Assembly (NCBI RefSeq): GCF_006345805.1
Contig: NC_043009.1
Location: forward strand, 43,276,001-43,340,000
Source: Octopus sinensis
Taxonomy: Eukaryota
DNA length: 64,000 nt
Direction: 5' to 3'
The position numbers and the translations under genes were made by a program. The notes under the pieces were generated by a model. It saw only the letters and a list, made by a program, of their open reading frames with translations. It was not told the origin of the DNA and ran no database searches. How positions within the stretch are numbered: the first letter of the stretch is position 1; every line of letters starts with the position of its first letter. Positions 54,119-64,000 of this stretch are shown one piece after another.

Positions 54119-54828
54119 TTCACTCTCACCAGATGCATGCACAGTTTCTACAGGGAAATGTTTGTGTTGTATTTGGCTCTACCCTGATACAGCCATTCAG
54201 CCATTCAGCCAGGATCTCTTCTCGCAGCTGAGAATTATGTTAAGGGTTCTTGTGTCTTTGGAGTGCTCAGCCACATGCACATTAATTTCATGAGCAGGCC
54301 TGTTCCTTTGATCAGATCAACTGGGACATTTCTTCATCTAACCGACAAAGTGCCATACTATAATATATCAAGTTGGTGCTTTTAGAATTGGCCGATGCTG
54401 CACCTGTTTACATTGCAGCTTTTGCAGATGGCTGTTCTCATAAGCAAGAAAGAACTACAGCTAAATGCATTTTAAAAATTCGTGTGAAATATTTGGTCAG
54501 ATTGTAAAAAAATCTTTTGGGACCCATTCTCAGGTTTATAAATGTCAAGTTGTCCCTGATAAGAAAATCTCAGCAAAACAGCATTGAGTATCATTCATAC
54601 GTTTTTTTTTTGTTTTTTTTTTGTGTGTGTATATATGGTTATTCTTTGTTTATTTGTTCTTCTTTTTGGTAGGGGTGGGCATGTCTGTTTTGCTTTTCTG
54701 CTTTTTTTCTTTTACTTACATACCAGAATTTGAAAATCTACTGCTTATATGCCTGTGTGTTTGCATGTGTGCATGATGGTATTATATTCTTGTTTGTATA
54801 TATACATATATACATATGTATTTATATG

Positions 54829-54889
<61 letters not shown>

Positions 54890-55132
54890 GTATGCATGCA
54901 TGTAAATATGATTGTGTGAGTATGGCTTATTACATATGCACATATAGAATTGTAATCTCAGTAACATACACATACATCTGTATACATACATACAGATATA
55001 TAAATGTATATACTATGTAAACATATATACACATGTATAAGTATATAGAACTACGTATACATTTAAATTCATTCATACTTAAATATATATATATGTATGT
55101 ATATATATAGACATGCACATATAAATATGAAT

Positions 55133-55171
<39 letters not shown>

Positions 55172-55238
55172 CATATTTGCTTGCATATATAAATGAACAT
55201 ACACATGAGCACACCCACTCAAATAAATAAATAAATAA

Positions 55239-55285
<47 letters not shown>

Positions 55286-55643
55286 GTGTGTATGTATGTA
55301 TGTATGTATATGTATATGTATATGTATATGGTAAAATTTGATACCTAGTATACTTTATATATATGGGGTATTCGGTTCATATATTCCATTGCTAATATTC
55401 CTTTTGCTAACATTATAAATATTCTATTTTGTACCCTTTTCTAATCCCAGCTCTCTTCATGCTACCCTATATCACTTGGTGGAGGATATAGTCCGTCTAA
55501 TGCAATTTTGATCTACCTTGGCTGTAATGTAAGAAACACAAATTCATCAGGAGCAAACCTCTTTGCTGTTAAGCAGTCCTATCAGCATACCTAAATAACT
55601 TGTATCCTTGTTGTTGTTTGAAGTGTGATATTTATGACATATA

Positions 55644-55860
55644 AGGTGACGAGCTGGCAGAATCGTTAGCACGCTGGGTGAAATGCTCAGCGGTATTTTG
55701 TCTGTCTTTAGGTTTTGAGTTCAAATTCTGCTGAGGTCAACTTTGCCTTTCATCCTCTTGGGGTTGATAAATTAGGTACCAGTTGCATACTGGGGTCGAG
55801 CTAATCGACTGGCCCTCTTCCCAAAACTTTCGGACCTTGTGCGTAGAGTACAAAAGAATC
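55644..55860 (+). mobile_element. SINE family B, alternative tail
   Basis: Head gagctggcagaatcgttagc; core gcctttcatcctcttggggttgataaattaggtaccag. Confidence 0.82.
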
Positions 55861-55879
55861 AATTAACGTAGAACAGAAA

Positions 55880-56092
55880 GGCAGTGAGCTGGCAGAATCG
55901 TTAGCATGGTAGGTGAAATACATGGTGGCATTTCGTCTGTCTTTATGTTTTGAGTTCAAATTTCCCCGAGATCGACTTTGCCTTTCATCCTTTTCGGGTT
56001 GATAAATTAGGTACCAGTTGCATATTCGGGGACAATCTAATTGACTGGCCCCCTCCCCCAAAATTTGAGACTTTGTGCCTAGAGTAGAAAAG
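55880..56092 (+). mobile_element. SINE family B, second adjacent copy
   Basis: Head-to-tail with 55644-55860 but diverged from it. Confidence 0.82.
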
Positions 56093-56506
56093 TATATTTA
56101 TGACTTATACATGCATGGATACATACATGTATGTATGTATATGTGTATGCACATATGTATTTACATATATATATATGTATATATGTACGCATATGTGTGA
56201 GTATGTATGTGTGTGTGAAAATATGTATTTCTGTATATGTTTGTGTGTGTATGTGTGTGTGTGTGTGTCAGATGCATGTATAAATATATATTCATGTATA
56301 TATATAAATATATATATATATATATCTTTGTATACACACACAAACACATACACACACTCATGCACACACAAACCACACACACACACACATTCAGAGCAAG
56401 CCCCTTCCATTCATTATAAGCCTATGTCTAAGTATAGATGGGATATCAAGTTGACCCTGAAGTAAATGGATATATGTGTGGGTGTATTTCTATATTTGAG
56501 AGTGTG

Positions 56507-56570
<64 letters not shown>

Positions 56571-57039
56571 ATATGTGTGTGTATATATATGTATGTATGC
56601 ATTCTTATATGTATAAATATATTTATGTGCATGTGGCTGTACCTTTAGTACAATATATCAAATGATAATGGAATAGTTGTGAATATAATATTTAATAAAA
56701 TGAGTTATTTTGTCAAATTCAGGAATATCATATTTATGATATCACAAGTCATGTAAACAGCACCACTTCTGAAGAATATATCCATATCCCCCCCCCCCAT
56801 ATACAAATGCCATATTTTGGGTAATATGTTCTGAAAACTTTCCAGGATTTCTTCTCATGATTTTCAACATGAAAAAGGAGCAGTAAGTAGGCGTTAACGT
56901 CACTGTTCACTGAATCCACCCTGTGATATTCGAAAATGGTGATTCTGATGATAGTTCCTTAAGACAACATTACATCTAGATATTAATAATACTGATATTT
57001 GGTAATGAAAACAACCAAATATCATTGATCCATAATGTT

Positions 57040-57073
57040 GATAATGACAATAATAATAATAATAATAATAATG

Positions 57074-57134
<61 letters not shown>

Positions 57135-57217
57135 TGATGATGATGATGATAATAATGATAATAATGATAATAATAATAATAATAATAATGATAATAATAA
57201 TAATAATAATAATAATG

Positions 57218-57280
<63 letters not shown>

Positions 57281-57298
57281 GTAATAATAATAATAATC
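57040..57298 (+). repeat. (AAT)n/(GAT)n compound microsatellite
   Basis: Direct reading. Confidence 0.95.
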
Positions 57299-57791
57299 AG
57301 TGTTATTGATATAGTTTGAAATATAACAGATTTTGTTCAAATGATATGAACTGATGTTTACAAGTTCTTCTCAAAAAGATTCATCAAAAATACAGATTTT
57401 ATTTTAAAAAAATAACAGGATTTCTAGATTAAGTTTAATTAAAAAGAAAAATGTAATAAAGATAAAAGGGCGTTGTCATCATCATCATCGCCGTCATCAT
57501 CAACATCATCATCATCATCATCATCATCATTAACATTTTTACTTTCACATTTCCATTTTTGCAAGGGTTAGACAGAATTTGTTGAAGTAGATTTTCTTTG
57601 GCTTGGCTAGATGTCCTTCTTGTCACCAGTCTTTGCCAGTTTCCAAGCCACGTGGTTTTGGGCTCAATCTCACTTCCTGGTACCTCAGACAAGTGTCTTC
57701 TTCCATAGCCCTAGGCCAAAATTTTATTAGAGACAGACAGAAACTGAAAACTCATCGTATACATACATACATATGCATAATGTGATAACTG

Positions 57792-58383
57792 ATGCAGACT
57801 TCATGGAGCTTACACTGAAGATATCATCTACATCATAAGCAGTTGTCCGAAAATGTTGTCACAATATTATCTATGATAAGATATGATGTTATTGCCAGGA
57901 AACTGTATAGTGAAATCTATCGGAAGGATAACACCAAAACCAAAGAAATAAGAATCCACAGTATGGTGGAAGCCACAGCAACTCATAATAAAAAGGAGTA
58001 TCGGTAGAATGTCCCAGTGAAAACCTCAATAAAATACAAATATAATAGACCTGACATAGTAATTTAGGATCGAGAAGAGAAACTGTGTACAGTTGTGAAC
58101 ATCAGCTGCCCGGCAGATGTTAAAATAAAGCTAAAAACCAGTGAAAATAAAAATAAATATACTGAACTATTGAGCAATCTAGAACTATTCTATCCAGATT
58201 ACAAGCTTAGGTTTATATCTGTAATTACTGGGGTACTGGGATATGTAACACACTGCCTAAATACCAAACTTGAGATATTAGGCTTCTCAAAACCAGAAAG
58301 GAGAAAGCTTATTTGAAAACTACAGATCCAAGCCATCACTGGAACTGTAAAAATCTGTAAAACTTATCAAAAGTGTATCATTT
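57792..58383 (+). mobile_element. Decayed RLE-type non-LTR retrotransposon fragment
   Basis: NVPVKTSIKYKYNRPDIVI...ISCPADV...KYTELL...VITGVLG; homologous to 23250-23690. Confidence 0.8.
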
Positions 58384-58953
58384 AAGTATATATAAGCATG
58401 TCTAGACAGGCAACTACATGCATTTAAATACATACATAGAGCAAAGTATGCAAATCTGCATATATGCACACATACAAAAATACCCTGTTGATGTTGTTGA
58501 AATTCCAGTGAAGAAGTCTTGGATCTAGGTTAGAAATCAGCTCTTTCTCCATTGGCAAGAAATCTTGAAATAAAACTGAATAATGACATACATACATACA
58601 TACATACAATCGCATACATACATACAATCACATACATGCATACATACATACATACATACATACATACATACATACATACATACATACATACACACATATA
58701 TACATATATTAAATTACAAATTAACAACAGTTTTAGTAATATAAATATTGTCAGTCACACACAGATATTTGCTGCAAGATAGCATACAGGGAAACTTCCC
58801 CAAACAACACTAAGTGTTAAAGAACACCTGACTGTCACAGACCAGGTGAGATAACTCACCTCAGAATCACCAAGAATGGCAGGTACTAATATTTTGTCAT
58901 TCCTGTGACTTATCAATATTATATTCTCAGTAGTAGTAGTAGTAGTGGTGGTG

Positions 58954-58985
<32 letters not shown>

Positions 58986-59153
58986 TGTTGTTGTTGTATT
59001 AGTAGTAGTAGTGACTAAAGAGTGGAGTGACTCCATACTGCACCCATAAATCCTGAACGCCCAAACTGGAGCACCACCACTGGCTACAATTCAATGTCTT
59101 GCCCAGGACTAAACTATTTCTGCATACCCTTTAAAATACAGCGTGGTTAGGGC

Positions 59154-59380
59154 TGACCCTTTAACACTCAGATTACTCTGTCAAACATATTGCTTCTTTG
59201 CTCAAATTATTTTAAATTAATCATACGTTATCTCATAGCTTTGAGATTTCAACGATGTGATTGTTCGTTTTCAGAATGACATTGTAGGGTATGTAGAGGG
59301 GCCTGATCTGGCCAGTTGGAACATACAACAAGCAGAAAATTTGTGCTGGATATGACTGGTTTGAATACTGAGGTGTTAAA
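59154..59380. mobile_element. Degenerate piggyBac-type MITE
   Basis: Ends resemble (TTAA)CCCTTT...AAAGGG(TTAA); a related partial copy lies near 23183-23245. Confidence 0.45.
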
Positions 59381-60544
59381 CCACCTTTGATAAGAGATCT
59401 GGTCTATCAGGGTTCACCTGGAGTTCAACAATAACAACAACACCACCAACAGCAACATCACCATCATCAACAAGAGCAACAACACATTGGAAATTATGGA
59501 TAATGTTTGAGTCTAAATTTTTTATTTCTTTTTTCTTTTGGCTTGGTTCTTTTTTTTTTTGGAGCTTCTGTCAAATTTTATTTTTATTTCATTTTATTTT
59601 ATTTTATTTATTTGTTTATTTATTTGTACCCAGCCAAAATCTTTGTACCCAGTGAAAATAACATGTTGCCTTGAATCACTGTTTTGAAGTGTTTTTCTAG
59701 CAAATTCTTTGATGACAACGTTTTTAATGTCTTCAAGTAAACGAAGATTGTTGAGTTGCAAGTGGCCTTTTACAATCACTTTCCTCCTTTTTTCACCAAA
59801 AAAAAAAAAACCCAACAAATTTTTAAATGTTTTGGAAACAATTATTATAAAGTACATTGTTGTTATTTTTGTTCTCTTTGGTGTAGCTGCTGTTTAGCCC
59901 TAGGTTACTCCTGATCAAAGAGATGATCTATGACCAAACGCATTCCAACTTTGACCAACACACCCTTTTAGCATTACTTAGAACTACATTATCAAATGCA
60001 TCTCATTCCCCAATTTGTTTGTTTGTTAAAACAATCACTTGTGATTTCAGGAGATTTGAACTGTTATTTCTAGCAGTTTTACTGACCATGTAGAGGCCCT
60101 TTGGGCTCAAGGTTCATATGATTCTCCTATATCATGTGGAATCACATGGCTTGCTACTGTTTAGGTACCACTGCTATTAAAATAATGTTTCCTGGTTTAG
60201 GCTTAAAACCATCAATTTTACAGGGAAGGCTTGAGGTTAGAAATATTGTTGTCAGTGTTGTTATTGTTTAAACCCCAGATCAGAGTCTTCTACTATAGCA
60301 TAAGGCCAACCAGGAAACTGAAAGAAGCTTGTTGCTGTGCTGGTTCCACATTTAATCTGTGCTGGTGCCACGTTAAAAGCACCCAGTACACTTTGTAAAG
60401 TGGTTTCCATTAGGAGGGGCATTTGGCTGTAGAAATCATGCCAAAACAGACAAATGTAGCCTAGACAAATCTCCAGTTGGCCAGCCTTTGTTGAATGATG
60501 ATGATGATGATGATTATATATGTATATATATATGTATGTATATG

Positions 60545-60626
<82 letters not shown>

Positions 60627-60647
60627 CATATACATATATATACATAT

Positions 60648-60722
<75 letters not shown>

Positions 60723-60859
60723 CATCATATCATCATCATCGTTTAGTGGGTGCTTTTTACGTGCCACCTGCACAATCACATATATATATATATATATATA
60801 TATATAGGGGATGTACTTGCATAGCAAGTGATTTGATCTGAGATCGTGTGCTGAAACGA

Positions 60860-61069
60860 AAACAATTGCAGCGGGAAAGGTGTTTGTAAGCCATTTAAGA
60901 AACACACAAAAGCCGTTCGATTCACTTCAACATTTAAGTTTAATTTGTCAAAATATTTTCGTTGCTTTAAGACCACGACGACAAAAATCCGTGCTGCATC
61001 TCTGAGATGCAGCACTGATTTTTGTGTTTCTTAAATGGCTTACAAACACCTTCCACACTGCAATTGTTT
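60860..61069. repeat. Nested foldback: about 50-bp outer inverted arms plus a 45-bp inner hairpin (60981-61025)
   Basis: aacaattgcag..aggtgtttgtaagccatttaagaaacac mirrored at 61021-61069; acaaaaatc-c-gtgctgcatctc-t-gagatgcagcac-t-gatttttgt. Confidence 0.88.
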
Positions 61070-61289
61070 ATTATATATTATATATATATTATATATATAT
61101 ATAATATATATATATATATATTAATATATATAGGAAAGAGAGTTTGAAAATGCAGATGTCTTTTAAAGATGTTTAATAACTTGACCGGTTTCACTTTTTT
61201 AAAAAAAAGATTATCAAAAGTAAAATGCAAATCTTTGTATAAGCTTTGTTGTGTTAAAAAATGGTTATCATGATTGTATTAAAATACAG

Positions 61290-62620
61290 TTATGGTTCAA
61301 TTCCAGTGGGAAAATCAGCACACACTCTGATTTAATTATTCTTTTTCTTAACGAACACAGTTGGTGCTGCCTATTGACTATATTCCACTTTTTGGATAAC
61401 TCCAATTCTTTCTAGTCTCTCTAACTCTAAGTTGCCATGGGCAATTTTTGAAGTTTCATTTAATCTAGGTCTCCCAATCTTTTTCCATGTATCTGCATTA
61501 ATAATTGAGATGTCACTGTCTGCATCTAACCATAACTTTATGTTTGTGTAATTAATTTTTACATACACAAATTTTCTTTGAGGCTCATTTCTATTTTTTG
61601 TCTCTGATAATCCATCTACATGATTTTTTCTGTTGAACCCTTTTTGAGGTTCTGTTCCACAGTGCAAATGTTTATGGCCTATTTTACCACACTCGTAGTA
61701 TTTTATATTTTTAAACAGACAGCTGTTTTTAAACTGTAGACCCCTACACCCATAACATAGATTTGGTTTTGATATTTTTTCTCTTGTTTTCTAGTCATTA
61801 CCGGTTGATATGCCTGAATCTGAGAACAATCTTTCTCTTCAATTTTATTTGCATCATGTCATAGATTAATAATCCTCTTACATTCTTCTACTACTGCCTG
61901 CAGAGTTAAATTTTGGTCTTGGTCTAATTTTGTTAATATCCAAGAACATATATCTGCATCTTTGCATGCAGTAAGCCCTTGAACAAAAATTAAAGAATTG
62001 AACTCATTCAATTTGAATTTCTCATACTCTCGGTTAACCACTCTGGTGATGAAATCTTCATCTATTTGTACCAAATTTAAACATTACCAGCAAGTATTGA
62101 ACAGGAAACATCTTTCATTGAAAAATTTTGATAAGAAATTGTTTCATTGAACCAAATCTCACCTGGCTTCTTCAGCAGAAAATTATTACTATATTTTTAA
62201 GTTTGGCAGGAGATAACTTTCTGAGAAGTAGTCATACTTTTTTCTCGTTGGACCAATTTTTACATTCCTCTTTGAAGATTTCTTCATATCTTTGAAAATA
62301 TGCAGAAAAGGTAATCCCTTCTTCTGGATTATAGCTGAATTCTTCAATTGAATTTGTTATGCTGTCTGGCAAGTATGAAGTATTTTCAGACTCCTTCAAC
62401 ATTAATTCCAGCAACTGTTGGTTTTGTTGTTGTTGCTGCTGCTGCAATTGCTGTTATAACTGCTGTGCTGTAATTGCTGTTATTGTTGCTGTTGTTGCTG
62501 TTACATCTGCACCATAGAGGCCTATAAGTTAAAAGATTTTTTCTTTGATTTCATACCAAGAAACAAAAATTTTTTAAACGTCCAACTCAAGCTTCGAACA
62601 ACTCATCACCACTTTTATAT
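61290..62620 (-). mobile_element. Decayed Ty3/gypsy (K02A2.6-like) LTR retrotransposon: gag-protease-start of RT
   Basis: FSYNPEEGITFSAYFQRYE gag motif; IFVQGL...LTLQAVVEEC; degenerate CCHC; LWLDADSDISII protease; LERLERIGVIQKV and IRVCADF RT start; PBS-like tggtgatgag near 62605. Confidence 0.85.
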
Positions 62621-62861
62621 CCTAGTATTGAATATATAATATAACAAAGCAGGGGAGGAAGAACGTATATACACGATGCACTACTATTACTATTACATGA
62701 GACTCAATGCTCTATATCAAAGGCTCATAGGGAACTGCTACCAACACAAACTGCCAATTGCTCACAGTTCTTTATTTTATAATGATAAATCAGTCCACCT
62801 TTAGTGACTTGGCAGTGTGGCTGGAATCCTTCCACAACATTAATACATATCTATATATATA

Positions 62862-63070
62862 AAGCTGACAGAATTGTAAGCACAGCAGGTAAAGTGCATA
62901 GTGGCATTTTATGCGTCTTTACGTTCTGAGTTCAAATTCCACCAAGGTCGACTTTGCCTTTCATCTTTTTGGGGGTTATTAAATCAAGTACCAGTGGAAC
63001 ATTGGGGTCAATGTAATCAACTAGTCTCCTTCCCCAAAATTTCCAGCCTTGTCCCTTTAGTAGAAAAGAT
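62862..63070 (+). mobile_element. SINE family B, alternative tail
   Basis: ttctgagttcaaattcc...ggtcgactttgcctttcatc core. Confidence 0.8.
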
Positions 63071-63072
63071 TA

Positions 63073-63130
63073 AAATTGAACAGGAGTACAAGTGTAATAT
63101 ATATATATATATTACTATATTATTACTAGT

Positions 63131-63185
<55 letters not shown>

Positions 63186-63409
63186 TGTATATATAATAAT
63201 AATATTAGGGAATATATCCAATTTACAGGGAAAAAAAATCAGATTTAGGATTAATCCATTTTATAGTAAATTTTTTTGACTATTTATTAAATTTTATGTA
63301 TTGATTAAGTCTTTCCTTGTTTGTTTTGCAAAATAGTGGTTTTGTCTCAAATAATATTTTATATGTATATATATATATATATGATTACACTTGTACTCCT
63401 GTTCAATTT
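63073..63409. repeat. Perfect 26-bp inverted repeat (63073-63098 / 63384-63409) enclosing (TA)n-flanked DNA
   Basis: aaattgaacaggagtacaagtgtaat vs attacacttgtactcctgttcaattt. Confidence 0.85.
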
Positions 63410-64000
63410 GTAAATCCAGATTATGGATTACAGATTATAATTTGAAAATTTAACATCCTTCAGTTTCCCTTGTATTTTATACACACACACATATACACAC
63501 ACAAACATGCACACACATGCACACACATAAACATATACAATGAATGATGTGTTACCTGCGGTTATAATTTACTAAATTTCCCATGCAAAACATTGTTCAC
63601 CCTGGGGCTGTAGTAGAAGACATTTGCACAAGGATCCATTCTCAGAACAGATTAGAAACAGTGTATTCAAGAACCAAACTTCATAACAACACAGCCACCC
63701 CTGTGCTTCCTTAACAGTTTAAACACTTTATATTATTATTTCGCTGATGTGGAGTCTTAGAATTCTTCAGCTTTGCTTCTTAATCACAAGATTAACTTAG
63801 AGAAATATTGTTACAATATAATACTATATTACACCATAAAAACAGTTACAGAATATAAATTAATCCCCAACTCTTACACACAACATAATTCTATACATAC
63901 ACATATATGCATACACAGATATTCCAAACCCCACTCAAAAATATTCTGACTTGATGACAACTGGTCCCAATGCCATCTGCTAGAACCATCAAATTTTGGT

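Noticed and set aside
58780-58900. Head-to-head donor-like palindrome AGGTGAG-ataa-CTCACCT with short open frames on both strands
   Set aside because: Acceptors are weak and the peptides unrecognisable; a 7-bp palindrome is expected by chance.

Overview
Eukaryotic, AT-rich, microsatellite-saturated DNA with one 100-N gap. I infer a cephalopod, probably Octopus, from the tRNA-derived SINE families and (TA)n/(CA)n/(TACA)n density. I find no intact host gene, rRNA, true tRNA or CRISPR array. The window is almost entirely mobile DNA and simple repeats: two Tx1/L1-clade LINEs (3.6-5.9 kb +, 30.4-34.8 kb -), both embedded in (ATCT)n; an RTE LINE (27.4-29.9 kb); four R4/Dong-like restriction-endonuclease (RLE) retroelement fragments, one flanked on both sides by (TAA)n; mariner/Tc1 relics; a Ty3/gypsy relic; many SINEs of about four families; several MITE-like inverted repeats; a near-identical 3-unit tandem duplication (45.0-48.7 kb); and a decayed C2H2/C2HC zinc-finger sequence (~53 kb). 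The most notable signals read from the sequence are: (1) minimal type-I hammerhead-ribozyme motifs of the Penelope/retrozyme kind sitting inside local duplications, namely a direct pair exactly 400 bp apart around a SINE and an inverted pair in a 620-bp foldback; (2) apparent (ATCT)n target specificity of the Tx1-like LINE; (3) a SINE whose 3' tail and stem-loop match that LINE's 3' end. All alignments and folds were done by eye. Family names come from motif recognition, not database searches, and element boundaries are approximate.
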